Origin: a virus
IMG/VR virus record: IMGVR_UViG_3300025407_001359
Direction: 5' to 3' (one strand)
Length of the DNA stretch: 64,000 bases
Shown piece after piece: positions 17,260-26,851 of this stretch. The stretch's first letter is position 1; each line of letters starts with the position of its first letter. A program made the position numbers and the translations under genes. The notes under the pieces are model-generated. The model was not told the origin of the DNA and did no database searches. It worked only from the letters and a program-made list of their open reading frames with translations.

Positions 17260-18483
17260 TTATTGCTTGAGTCGGGATTTTACCTCTAGCAAATATTCTG
17301 GGGACAGTTCAAATCGTTGATGATGGCGGCTGTGGTTATTGGGTGTACGGCCAACGTTGATTTGATCCAATATATTAGCAAAATTATCAACCAATTCGTC
17401 AACAATCGTGTCTTTAAAACGGCCGTAAAAGTGATGGAAATTGTATTCCAGCGTTTCTTGCATTTCTATATGCATTGTTTTTAATTCCTCTGGCGTCAAT
17501 GCACACAAGCGTTTGATTTGTTCTGTGATATTTTCTATGCGTATATAATGATCTGGCTCCTCGTCGTAGCTTTCGTCTATCCACTGATCAAATGTACGAA
17601 ACCCGTAGCTCTTTAAATAGGCCAAGTTACCTGGAGCTGCTGCCAGTATAAACGGACGCCGACTCACGATAGGTTTAAAGATCTTTTCTGTCAGGTGTAG
17701 CTTGGGATCGTAGTAAATGGTTTCTGTCACTATGTGCCACAGCGCACTGGTCAACTCATCCAGGTTAACATTGGCACTGAGAGCGCCATTGGGATTGACA
17801 GTATCTATAATCAGGGGATCTTTGATATCTTTAAGGGCATTGTATATTTTTACCCTTGCACGATTATCCAATGGGTTTTCGGCATCTTGTATGGTTTCCT
17901 GCCAACCGGTGTGAAACAGACTGACACGCCCGTGCTGTAACAAATCTTGATCTATCAAGTTTGAAACCAAATGCAGTCGATATGAACGTAAATTTGACGT
18001 CAAGTGATTGTAGCATATAAATACTTTAGAATATCGATTAAAAGAATCTGAGTTTACATACTGAAAATCTCTATACCAATCTAACGTGGCAAATCCGTGA
18101 AAGAAATAATACCAATTATAGAACTTGTTTTGTTTTGCATAGTCCAAAACAACACCGGATCTTTCACTGGTTGCCAACAGGTTGATCTGAGTAGGTCTTG
18201 ACATTTCTCGATCCAGTGTGAGTATAGACTTTTTTACTTCTGTGGTGGTATAATCATAGAAGGGTTCTTGATCAAAAAAGTAACAATGAAAAAACGTTTT
18301 ATCAGCTTGCCAGTGATGATTCCAAACAAAGGGTTTTTGATTTTCGCTGGTATCAACAGAGTCGCTTAAGAATACGGTATTTTGGTAAGTGCCAAATGGG
18401 TAAAAATACACACTACGCCCATTTCTAAATTGAGAAATTAAGTTGCTGTGAAGAATGTTATAGAATCTGTCTAAGGAGAACAT
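17260..18483 (-). CDS. Hypothetical protein, possibly GT10-like glycosyltransferase
   Basis: IVTETIYY...LTEKIFKPI...PFIL...GFRTFDQWIDESYD; TEK motif; start moved to MFSLD to avoid overlap with the dehydrogenase gene. Confidence 0.5.
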   Translation of the reverse strand: MFSLDRFYNILHSNLISQFRNGRSVYFYPFGTYQNTVFLSDSVDTSENQKPFVWNHHWQADKTFFHCYFFDQEPFYDYTTTEVKKSILTLDREMSRPTQINLLATSERSGVVLDYAKQNKFYNWYYFFHGFATLDWYRDFQYVNSDSFNRYSKVFICYNHLTSNLRSYRLHLVSNLIDQDLLQHGRVSLFHTGWQETIQDAENPLDNRARVKIYNALKDIKDPLIIDTVNPNGALSANVNLDELTSALWHIVTETIYYDPKLHLTEKIFKPIVSRRPFILAAAPGNLAYLKSYGFRTFDQWIDESYDEEPDHYIRIENITEQIKRLCALTPEELKTMHIEMQETLEYNFHHFYGRFKDTIVDELVDNFANILDQINVGRTPNNHSRHHQRFELSPEYLLEVKSRLKQ

Positions 18484-18486
18484 CGA

Positions 18487-19704
18487 ATGAATGTAGGGTT
18501 TATTGGTATTGGTAAATTGGGTATGGCTTGTGCCGAAGTAATGGCCAGCAAGCACACAGTAACTGGTTATGATATTTATCCACGCACTAGCGACAAAATT
18601 AAGATTGCAACCAATCTTGAAGAAGCGGTAACCGGTAAAGATCTCATCTTTATTGCGGTACAAACACCGCACGATCCTATTTACGGCGGCGATCAACCTA
18701 TTACTCATTTACGCAACAAAGATTTTGATTACACAATCGTAAATCAAGTGTTGGCAGATGTCAATCAATATGCCAAACCCGAACAATTAGTAGTCCTTAT
18801 CTCAACAGTTCTTCCCGGCACTACACGGCGCGAACTGAGGAACAACATTACCAATGCACGTTTCATTTACAATCCTTACCTTATTGCTATGGGATCAGTT
18901 GAATGGGACATGGTCAACCCCGAGATGGTTATGATTGGTACCGAAGACGGTAGCGAAACTGGCGATGCTAGAGAGCTGATTGACTTCTATAAAACAATAA
19001 TGGAGAACGACCCACGTTACGTAGTTGGTACCTGGGACGAAGTAGAATGTATCAAAGTGTTTTACAACACATTCATTAGTGCCAAGATTGGCCTGGTCAA
19101 TATGATACAAGACGTGGCTATCAAACAAGGCAACATCAACGTGGACGTGGTCACTGCGGCATTGGCCAACAGTACTATGCGTATCATGGGACCCAAGTAT
19201 ATGACAGCAGGTATGGGCGACGCAGGACCTTGCCATCCACGCGACAACATTGCCTTGCGTTACCTAGCAGAAACGCTGGACATTGGTTACGATATTTTTG
19301 ACACCATCATGAAAGCACGTGAACAACAGGCAAAAAATATGGCACGTTTTATCTATGACCATTGCGAAGGACTGCCAGTGTACATTCACGGTAAAGCATA
19401 CAAACCGGGTGTAGAATATCTTGAAGGCAGTTACAGTCTGTTGGTAGGTTACTATTTAAAAGAGATGGGCATTGATCCGGTCTACATTGATCCCTTGACT
19501 GAACCTTCAAATCCGTCGGTTGTTAAAGGTTGCATCTTGTTGGCACACAATCAACAGGTGACCTATGGCTATGCTGGAGTTACTGAAAATCAACCTACCT
19601 ATTGCATTTTTGACCAGGGCAGTATCGTTATTGATCCTTGGCGCCGGTATCCACAGAACGGTAATCTTCGAGTTATACATTATGGCAACACCCGTGCTAA
19701 TTAA
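18487..19704 (+). CDS. ugd: UDP-glucose/GDP-mannose dehydrogenase family protein
   Basis: GFIGIGKLG Rossmann motif, FIAVQTP, STVLPG, IKVFYNTFIS, GDAGPCHPRD. Confidence 0.85.
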   Translation: MNVGFIGIGKLGMACAEVMASKHTVTGYDIYPRTSDKIKIATNLEEAVTGKDLIFIAVQTPHDPIYGGDQPITHLRNKDFDYTIVNQVLADVNQYAKPEQLVVLISTVLPGTTRRELRNNITNARFIYNPYLIAMGSVEWDMVNPEMVMIGTEDGSETGDARELIDFYKTIMENDPRYVVGTWDEVECIKVFYNTFISAKIGLVNMIQDVAIKQGNINVDVVTAALANSTMRIMGPKYMTAGMGDAGPCHPRDNIALRYLAETLDIGYDIFDTIMKAREQQAKNMARFIYDHCEGLPVYIHGKAYKPGVEYLEGSYSLLVGYYLKEMGIDPVYIDPLTEPSNPSVVKGCILLAHNQQVTYGYAGVTENQPTYCIFDQGSIVIDPWRRYPQNGNLRVIHYGNTRAN

Positions 19705-20200
19705 ATATCACATTGAACGGTTCTGGGACGACGAGTTTAAAAACTTAAACTATGTCAACGAACCTTTCAACGACAATGCCAATGCACGTCACTGGATTGA
19801 ATTGGGTTTTCCTCCCAAGTTCACTGGAGATATGTGTGATATGCGTGGCACACAACCTAGTTGGAACAACAAGTTTGTAGAAATATATGAAACGCTGGGT
19901 TGGAAAGACATTGGTACCAGTTACTATCGTATGGGCCCGGGTACTGTGTTGCCCACACATAGTGATCTATATGTAAAATATGTTGAGCTGTTTGGCTTGC
20001 AAGGTCGAGAAGAAACTATACGCCGCGCCATTGTGTTTTTGGAAGATTGGCAACCAGGGCATTATGCCGAATACCTAGACGTACCTTTTGTGAATTGGTC
20101 TGCCGGAGCCACAGTAGAATGGCAGTACGATACCAGCCATATGGCAGCCAACGTGGGTTCAACTCCGCGATATACACTTCAAATTACAGGGCACTTATGA
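19682..20200 (+). CDS. 2OG-Fe(II) oxygenase-like (cupin) protein
   Basis: PTHSD (HxD), distal SHMAAN His, PRYTLQIT Arg; start MATPVL. Confidence 0.6.
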   Translation: MATPVLIKYHIERFWDDEFKNLNYVNEPFNDNANARHWIELGFPPKFTGDMCDMRGTQPSWNNKFVEIYETLGWKDIGTSYYRMGPGTVLPTHSDLYVKYVELFGLQGREETIRRAIVFLEDWQPGHYAEYLDVPFVNWSAGATVEWQYDTSHMAANVGSTPRYTLQITGHL

Positions 20201-21111
20201 TCAGCAGTTACAACGAGTGGGACACCCTTCGATCCATAGTGGTTGGGTCAGCCAATTATGCAAACTGGCCCAGTGACGATCCAGTATTTGCTCTAGAGTC
20301 AGAAAAGACCTTGTGGAAAGAAACACCGGTACCTTCAGGTCCGGTACCCAAGCACATTGTTGATGAGTCTAATCAGGATCTTGATATACTAGCAAAAACT
20401 CTAGTTAGTCTAGGTGTAGAAGTACACAGACCCAGCAATAGAAATTATCGACTGACTGGTGGTATGTACAACTATTGTCCCAGGGACCGGCTGTTGGTAT
20501 ACGGCAACACAGTGATAGACTGTGCAATGATGTATCCTTGCAGAGATCAAGAAATATTTGCTCTGGATTGTGTGACGAATCACACACAAAATATCATATC
20601 AATGCCCAGAGATCAAGGATTGGTATTGGATGCAGCCAACGTGGCACGGCTAGGTGACAGTATGTTGTTCTTAGAAAGTGCCAGCGGCAATCGAGCAGCA
20701 TATGAATGGCTGTGCAAACAGTTTCCCGATGTAAACATTGAACTGTGCAATTTTTATGCAGGTGTACATATTGACAGCACTATTGTACCATTGCGCGAAG
20801 GCTTGGTCATGCTGAATGCATCACGTGTTACTGAAGCAACTTGCCCCCGAGTATTTGATGGTTGGAACAAGATATATGTCAAGGATGTGGTAGCACAGGA
20901 CTTTTATCAATATCCCTATGCCAGCAAATGGATCGCTATGAATATGTTAGTAGTTGATCCCAATACTGTTATTGTAGATAAGAACCAACCCAAGCTGATT
21001 AAAACATTAGAGAACTGGCATTTTACAGTCGTACCCCTGGAATTGCGTCACAGTCGTACACTAGGCGGTGGATTTCATTGTGTTACACTAGATTTATTAC
21101 GCGGTTTGTAA
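20197..21111 (+). CDS. Amidinotransferase (glycine / inosamine-phosphate amidinotransferase family)
   Basis: SYNEWDTLRSIVVG, CPRD, HIDST, RTLGGGFHCVTLD catalytic Cys motif; start MISSY. Confidence 0.9.
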   Translation: MISSYNEWDTLRSIVVGSANYANWPSDDPVFALESEKTLWKETPVPSGPVPKHIVDESNQDLDILAKTLVSLGVEVHRPSNRNYRLTGGMYNYCPRDRLLVYGNTVIDCAMMYPCRDQEIFALDCVTNHTQNIISMPRDQGLVLDAANVARLGDSMLFLESASGNRAAYEWLCKQFPDVNIELCNFYAGVHIDSTIVPLREGLVMLNASRVTEATCPRVFDGWNKIYVKDVVAQDFYQYPYASKWIAMNMLVVDPNTVIVDKNQPKLIKTLENWHFTVVPLELRHSRTLGGGFHCVTLDLLRGL

Positions 21112-21125
21112 TAAATACTTGCACT

Positions 21126-21860
21126 ATGACATTTACAAACTATACCGATACTATTCTCTCGGCTTTGACATTCAATCCCAAGATTGACGACGTTGTTGCA
21201 CGTAAGCAAGAAATTCTTGACGGAGTTTATCGCGTTGAAAATCTTGAACCGACCTCGGTATTATTTATAGGATTCAATCCAGCCATATTGAGTTGCAAGG
21301 CCAAAACCCTGGCGGTCACAGAAATCAGTGATGCCGCACAGGATTACCTTAAAAGTCGCGGTATAAAATTTACCCATATTGATCCGGCGCATTTGTCGGA
21401 TTATCGCAAGTCTTTTGAGTGTGTTATTGCAATGGACGAGTATTTTACATTTGCGGGTAGTGACCAAGATCAACAAGACGCTATTGCTAAAATTTGTAGT
21501 CTGGCCACAGCGTTTGTGATAAGTACAATACGCGATTATAAAAATATGGATTTTAAAGATCGCGAATTCAGTCAACCGGTGGTGTTACGAAATGGTTCAA
21601 ATACCAAAATGTTCGTAGAAAATCACAGTTGGGATATGAAAGATCGTACCTTGTTTGACACAATGGTTTATGAAGTAGATGAACCAACTAGCAAATTTGC
21701 ATCTTATGGTATATTCCAAAGACGCACAATGTTCTTCAAACAGCTGGCAAAATTTAGTATGGACGCAGGAGCAGTGAATTTCCTCGTACATAAAAACTTG
21801 ATGTACAAGAGTTTAATCAAAAAGAACTACGAGCACGTGGTTAGCATACAATTCGAATAA
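21126..21860 (+). CDS. Hypothetical protein, possible degenerate SAM-methyltransferase fold
   Basis: SVLFIGF, VTEIS, FECVIAMDEYF resemble class I methyltransferase motifs; TAAATA promoter 21112-21117. Confidence 0.4.
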   Translation: MTFTNYTDTILSALTFNPKIDDVVARKQEILDGVYRVENLEPTSVLFIGFNPAILSCKAKTLAVTEISDAAQDYLKSRGIKFTHIDPAHLSDYRKSFECVIAMDEYFTFAGSDQDQQDAIAKICSLATAFVISTIRDYKNMDFKDREFSQPVVLRNGSNTKMFVENHSWDMKDRTLFDTMVYEVDEPTSKFASYGIFQRRTMFFKQLAKFSMDAGAVNFLVHKNLMYKSLIKKNYEHVVSIQFE

Positions 21861-22948
21861 TGGACATAGATAAACAACTCAAACAAATCGTAGAAAACAT
21901 AATTGCAGAAGTAAACACAAACATACAAAGCCAAGTTGAAAGCATTGTGCGTGAACAGGTTTCTGCCTTGGTGCGTACGATTCCGTTACAAACATACTTC
22001 AATCAAATGTTTGCTGGGTCACTGGCCAACGAACAATTTGAATTTCCAGCCGAGTCAATCCCGGCTGAGTCAGTACAGTCGGCCAATCTACGTATATCTG
22101 GTAGCCAAGTTGCCGGCGGCATCATTGCCAACTTTGGCAGTACCGGTATCGATGACAAAGCTACCGCTTGCCAGCTGACCATACTTGACGATGTCACTGT
22201 GGTTGAAAACAACCTGTTGACCAAGGATCTCACAGTCAAAGGCGCGGCCACTATCGAAGGTTCAACCACAATCGAGGGTGACCTAATTGTTAACGGTCGT
22301 GTGCCTGAATCTAGTCCTATGTATGTGAGCATTGTTAATTCTGTTGCAAACAATGTATTAACCGGACTGGACCAAACGCTGTTCAACAGATATTCCACAC
22401 TGGTATTTCAACAAATTACTCAAAACGGCTTGGACCTTACCAAGATCACTGTCAATGGCCGAGAAGTAATCACAGGTAACACACTGAGCAGTGACATTAC
22501 TGTGAGCAATTTACAAAAGTTGGGAGTATTAAAAGAACTACAAGTCTCGGGCGAAACACTATTGGACGATACCTTGTATGCGGCCAGCAAACGTGTTGGT
22601 ATCAATACACTACAGCCCACACAGGCTTTGGATATTTGGGATCAAGAAATTGAAATTGGTCTTGGTAAATTAGAAAAGAATACTGCCACTATCAGTGTGC
22701 CACGCACTGGGCAACAGTTGGTAATCGACAGCAACGGACAGCGTAACATTACAGTATTGCCAGATGGGTCCACAACTGTAAAAAGATTAAACATTGGTCG
22801 CACATCAATTTACAGCAGTGATCTTCCGCCGGCTGTTGATGAACCCAAGGGTACTGTGGTGTTTAATTCGAATCCCACACTGGGAGGTCCGTTGGGTTGG
22901 GTAAGTCTAGGTGGCGCCAAGTGGGCCAATTTTGGATTTGTTGACTAA
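21860..22948 (+). CDS. Hypothetical, probably virion/fibre-type protein
   Basis: beta-rich LTVKG/LIVNG repeats, VGINT.QP motif, C-terminal NSNP..GGP.GWV..G. Confidence 0.45.
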   Translation: MDIDKQLKQIVENIIAEVNTNIQSQVESIVREQVSALVRTIPLQTYFNQMFAGSLANEQFEFPAESIPAESVQSANLRISGSQVAGGIIANFGSTGIDDKATACQLTILDDVTVVENNLLTKDLTVKGAATIEGSTTIEGDLIVNGRVPESSPMYVSIVNSVANNVLTGLDQTLFNRYSTLVFQQITQNGLDLTKITVNGREVITGNTLSSDITVSNLQKLGVLKELQVSGETLLDDTLYAASKRVGINTLQPTQALDIWDQEIEIGLGKLEKNTATISVPRTGQQLVIDSNGQRNITVLPDGSTTVKRLNIGRTSIYSSDLPPAVDEPKGTVVFNSNPTLGGPLGWVSLGGAKWANFGFVD

Positions 22949-24033
22949 CGACCAGTCAGTGCTGCCACAAATGGCTGCTTGAATCGGTCGTACCAATCAG
23001 TGTTGTACATCAAATCAAAGTTGTGATCTACGATTTCTCTGCATTGGTTTAATATTTTTTCCTGATCTTGATCACACAAGGCTTTCAACTGTGCCAATGC
23101 AGTCAATTGACGATTGTATATTCCTTCAACTGCATCATAGCTTTCGTCAATGATACCGTCAAAAGTTCTAAATCCCAACTCACGCAAAAACGCCAGGCTG
23201 TATCTATTGGCCACCAGTATAAATGGTCTACGTGCCAAGATTGGCTTGACTGTTTTTTCTGTAAAGAACACATAGTCTTGGTCGCAATTGGTTTCGCACA
23301 CTAGACTGTATGCGGTCTGATTGTATACAGTCAACGGAATAACCTGACTCAGGCTCATGGTATAACCGTAATAGTTGACCGGGTCAACAGTCCATTGCAC
23401 TTGATCTTGCCCAGATAATCCTTCATCTTCCCATAACCACTGATTTGAATTTTCTGCTGTAAAGGTGGTATTGATGTCATTCATATATGTCACTATACCT
23501 TTGTCTGCCAGACCTTTTGTTTTTATAAAATCGTAGGATCTGTCTCTGTGCAATTTTTTGCGTCCTAGTAGAGCATCAAACACATAAGGTTTTGTATTAT
23601 ACGGTTGAAGTACGTCTAGTGTTTCGGGCCTTATGTTTTTGTAAAAATGTGTAGTGGTCATAAACCACTCAAGGAACAGATGAGTTTTACTGTGTTGCAA
23701 CGGTGGATTCAATCGACCACAGATAAAATATTCAATTTTGGGACGATCAAATTTTCTTATAAAATCAACAGTGACAATATGAAGTTCGCTACCAAGTATC
23801 AGGATTGCATCCACGTGATCGTACAGCTGGTCAATTTGTTGTTCAATGATGTCGTCGTACGGATACGGTATTTGCAAACAAGCAACTTTTCTAGAGTGAT
23901 TGCGACTTATTAAATCAGATGGAGTTCGATAGTAAGACCACTGTTGGCCCGGGCCAACAGATCGTCTAATGTGATGATGAAAAAACCTATTTGACTCGTC
24001 AGATATGTAAATGCCAATATCTTGCGATGTCAT
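22945..24033 (-). CDS. Hypothetical protein, paralogue of 17260-18483 (GT10-like)
   Basis: LVCET...FTEKTVKPILARRPFIL...GFRTFDGIIDESYD. Confidence 0.5.
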   Translation of the reverse strand: MTSQDIGIYISDESNRFFHHHIRRSVGPGQQWSYYRTPSDLISRNHSRKVACLQIPYPYDDIIEQQIDQLYDHVDAILILGSELHIVTVDFIRKFDRPKIEYFICGRLNPPLQHSKTHLFLEWFMTTTHFYKNIRPETLDVLQPYNTKPYVFDALLGRKKLHRDRSYDFIKTKGLADKGIVTYMNDINTTFTAENSNQWLWEDEGLSGQDQVQWTVDPVNYYGYTMSLSQVIPLTVYNQTAYSLVCETNCDQDYVFFTEKTVKPILARRPFILVANRYSLAFLRELGFRTFDGIIDESYDAVEGIYNRQLTALAQLKALCDQDQEKILNQCREIVDHNFDLMYNTDWYDRFKQPFVAALTGR

Positions 24034-24039
24034 TGAATA

Positions 24040-24285
24040 TTACTCAGATTTTGGTTTGCGTGTGGATGCTTTTTTAGCTGGAGTCTTTTTTGCAGCAGGA
24101 GCTTTCTTAGCGGCTGGAGCTTTTTTTGGTTTTGCTTCAGCTACTACCTTGACTTCTTCAGCTTTGACTTCAGCAACTTCTTCTTTAACAGCTTCAACAA
24201 CAGTTTCTTTTTTGCTGAATGCTCTAAATAGAGTATAAGCGATAGCTAAAATTAATACAATTCCTACGATTGTTGTAAAATCCAT
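24040..24285 (-). CDS. Membrane-anchored protein with Lys/Ala/Pro-rich tail
   Basis: MDFTTIVGIVLILAIAY TM; KKAPAAKKAPAAKKTPAKK; late TAAATA at 24315-24320 on minus strand. Confidence 0.65.
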   Translation of the reverse strand: MDFTTIVGIVLILAIAYTLFRAFSKKETVVEAVKEEVAEVKAEEVKVVAEAKPKKAPAAKKAPAAKKTPAKKASTRKPKSE

Positions 24286-24351
24286 TTTAAATCTCCTATT
24301 CGAATAGATAGTATTATTTAGTGAGCTAAATGGACAAATAAAATTATTAAA

Positions 24352-24383
24352 TTGTTGCACCGCAAGGTAAATAATGTTATACT
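24352..24383 (+). promoter_or_regulatory. sigma70 promoter with overlapping TGC-N3-GCA (PhaR-like) box and internal TAAATA
   Basis: TTGTTGCACCGCAA; TTGCAC-N17-TATACT. Confidence 0.55.
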
Positions 24384-24460
24384 ATGAAAATAGTAGCAGT
24401 AAGCAAGATGCCGAATAGTTTGGGTCTTGTAAAACATTCGCTTAATAAAGGAAAAATAAA

Positions 24461-24679
24461 ATGTTTAATTTCAAATCAGTAGTAGACCAGGCAGTAACAG
24501 CAACAAAGACACCTTTGACATACGTTGAAGACAAAGCCATCCGTGCTAACCTAGAAACTCTAGTGGACTCATATGCAGACTTTACTAAGACTGTGTACGA
24601 AACAAACTTAGAATTGGCTAAACAAGTGGTTGAAACTGTTAAGACCGTTGATTACACCAAGTTCTTCACAACTAAGTAA
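24461..24679 (+). CDS. Phasin-like amphipathic helical protein
   Basis: 72 aa, all-helical amphipathic, strongly biased codons, AAAGGA RBS. Confidence 0.5.
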   Translation: MFNFKSVVDQAVTATKTPLTYVEDKAIRANLETLVDSYADFTKTVYETNLELAKQVVETVKTVDYTKFFTTK

Positions 24680-24703
24680 TCTGTTGTAAAAAAGCCACAC
24701 TCC

Positions 24704-24729
24704 AAAGCCCCAAAATATGGGGCTTTTTT
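24704..24729 (+). terminator. Rho-independent terminator
   Basis: AAAGCCCC-AAAATAT-GGGGCTTT-TTT. Confidence 0.8.
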
Positions 24730-24745
24730 ACGGCCGCAATTTCGG

Positions 24746-24774
24746 TAGACCCAAAATTGCCAAAATGCTATACT
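24746..24774 (+). promoter_or_regulatory. Phage early (sigma70) promoter
   Basis: TAGACC-N17-TATACT with the GCCAAAATGC spacer shared with other copies. Confidence 0.8.
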
Positions 24775-24802
24775 AGCTCTACAGTACATAAAAGGAGCCG
24801 GA

Positions 24803-25132
24803 ATGAATCAAACAGATTTGGAAACTAAATCAGCAGGATCGTATGCGTATGCCGCGGCACGTGATGCTCGTATGCGTAACATTGTTGAATCTTCGCATTA
24901 TTCAGAACAGCAAAAAATTGCCGCAGATCGTATGGCTCTTGCATTAGAGTTGGTTTACTATGCTCGTGCTATTCACATCAACTATCGCAAAAAATTTATT
25001 GCAGTTAAAGTGGATCGTGCGTATGTAAAAAATCGTGAAAACTTACAGTACCTTGAAGCCGAGTACGAAGCATTGGGTTACAAAAAAGCCTCTAGCCCAC
25101 AAGGTGTCACTTATCGTATTCCAAAGGCTTAA
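24803..25132 (+). CDS. Hypothetical protein
   Basis: 109-aa ORF with AAGGAG RBS behind the early promoter. Confidence 0.7.
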   Translation: MNQTDLETKSAGSYAYAAARDARMRNIVESSHYSEQQKIAADRMALALELVYYARAIHINYRKKFIAVKVDRAYVKNRENLQYLEAEYEALGYKKASSPQGVTYRIPKA

Positions 25133-25133
25133 T

Positions 25134-25664
25134 ATGTCAAATCGTATGCTGGCCATAATTGGCTGTAGTCTACTTGCCGTTCTGCTTGTTCGTCAAGAAG
25201 TTCGTATGGACATTCTAGAAGAAAAGATTGACGACGTGATTCAGGTCAAAGAGCATATCAAATATACCAAAACGGATGTAGAGTGTCTTACTCGGAATAT
25301 TTACTATGAGGCCGGCGTAGAATCCCAATTGGGAAAGTTTGCAGTAGCCCAAGTCACTATCAACCGACTTAAAACAGGCTATTGGGGCGACAGTATTTGT
25401 AAAGTGGTGTATGCTCGTAAACAGTTTTCGTGGACAATGGCTCGAAAATTACCACGTCCAGATAGTCGGTTATGGGCCGAATCTGAAGATATTGCTCGTA
25501 AAGTCTTGGCAGGACACCGTATTCGTGGATTGACAAAAAGTTTGTTTTACCACGCGATCTATATTCGAGATCCGCATTGGGTTGACCCGGCACACGAAGC
25601 AGGCCAAATTGGTAATCACGTGTTTTACAATCGTGCCCGAGGTAGCACGGTGGAACTGATTTGA
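25134..25664 (+). CDS. Cell wall hydrolase, SleB/Hydrolase_2 family
   Basis: N-terminal TM; CLTRNIYYEA...AVAQVTINR, VVYARKQFSW, IGNHVFY; start MSNRML. Confidence 0.88.
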   Translation: MSNRMLAIIGCSLLAVLLVRQEVRMDILEEKIDDVIQVKEHIKYTKTDVECLTRNIYYEAGVESQLGKFAVAQVTINRLKTGYWGDSICKVVYARKQFSWTMARKLPRPDSRLWAESEDIARKVLAGHRIRGLTKSLFYHAIYIRDPHWVDPAHEAGQIGNHVFYNRARGSTVELI

Positions 25665-25721
25665 CTAGAATATGTTAAAATGTTATAGTGTAGTGTCTTT
25701 AATTTTATAAAAGGTGACCGT

Positions 25722-25955
25722 ATGGAAGAAAATAAGAAAAAGTTTCTTGTTAGTAATTGTTTTTGGCCCAAAAGAGAATTCAATCCTGCCAGTGCTGAAG
25801 ATTTGAAAATATATCAAAATTTTGTAACCGAAAGCAAATGGGCCAAGGGCTGTCCGTTCATTGTGGAATGGCCATATCTCAATGTGGTTGATACTATCAA
25901 ACAAAAAATTATCAACTACCATCTTGCTAGACTTATTGCGATTGCCGAAAAGTAA
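25722..25955 (+). CDS. Hypothetical protein
   Basis: 77-aa ORF after the TTGACT-N17-TATAGT promoter. Confidence 0.6.
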   Translation: MEENKKKFLVSNCFWPKREFNPASAEDLKIYQNFVTESKWAKGCPFIVEWPYLNVVDTIKQKIINYHLARLIAIAEK

Positions 25956-26242
25956 TGAAATATTCAGTTGCCATCGTTGTGCTGTCGTTGGTAGGTTGTG
26001 CAAACAACCCATATCGATCGGCTACCTACGAGCAATTGGATGCAGTCAAGGTAACCAATCAAGATTGTGCCAGGATAGACCGGCACGTGAATTTTCTTGA
26101 AGAGCAGTTGCGTATGAAGGGCTTGTCAAACGCCGAACCCGAACAGCTTGCAGATGCGGATCGCAAGTATAACGCTACTGTACGATCAATGATCTGGAGC
26201 CTGCGTATAGGTTGCAGTAACCCTGACAGGTACAAATCGTGA
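25955..26242 (+). CDS. Lipoprotein
   Basis: Lipobox LVGC after a hydrophobic stretch. Confidence 0.65.
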   Translation: MKYSVAIVVLSLVGCANNPYRSATYEQLDAVKVTNQDCARIDRHVNFLEEQLRMKGLSNAEPEQLADADRKYNATVRSMIWSLRIGCSNPDRYKS

Positions 26243-26802
26243 AACGTGCCTTGATTGTTGGGTTGGTTTTGGTAAGTTCTACAGCCCTAGCAGACTGTTA
26301 TACAAGATCTACCATTCGTATGACCAGACAGACAGTTGAAGCCGGCCCAACTGACGTACAACGACTGGCAACACCAGATGCTGGTGGATTCAAATGCACA
26401 GTTAGATATCGTGTGAACATTGGCGGCGACTGGCACACAGCAGAAGGATCGGCTGTGGGCCGTACTGAATCAGAAAGTTGCACTCGTGCAATGGACATAG
26501 GACAAGGTCGGGTATTGAGTGAAATTGAACCCAAATCGGTCAGTGCAGATATGCAAATGGTATGCAGTGACTTGCCCGAAATTCGAGTACGTCCAGTACA
26601 CATTGGTGAAACTGTATGGGAAAGTGAAACGGACCTGCACAGTAATCCACAAGAGCGCAGGTATTTTTGGTACAAGCGAACCAAATGTCGCCTGTTCCAG
26701 GAACGTGATCCCAGGGATCGTAACCTGATAGTGTACCAAGGTGTAGTTTGTCAGGCTGATGGATCACCCAATTCGAAATGGCGAGTGATTGACAAATTTT
26801 AG
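26239..26802 (+). CDS. Secreted Cys-containing hypothetical protein
   Basis: Signal peptide ending ALA; paired Cys; GTGA overlap start. Confidence 0.6.
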   Translation: MKRALIVGLVLVSSTALADCYTRSTIRMTRQTVEAGPTDVQRLATPDAGGFKCTVRYRVNIGGDWHTAEGSAVGRTESESCTRAMDIGQGRVLSEIEPKSVSADMQMVCSDLPEIRVRPVHIGETVWESETDLHSNPQERRYFWYKRTKCRLFQERDPRDRNLIVYQGVVCQADGSPNSKWRVIDKF

Positions 26803-26851
26803 CCATAATGTTAAACTGTAGTTATTGTAATTCAACCACAAGAGGTGTAAT

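Noticed and set aside
18484-18708. N-terminal 75-aa extension of ORF 17260-18708
   Set aside because: It overlaps the conserved N-terminus of ugd on the opposite strand; the start at 18483 is preferred.
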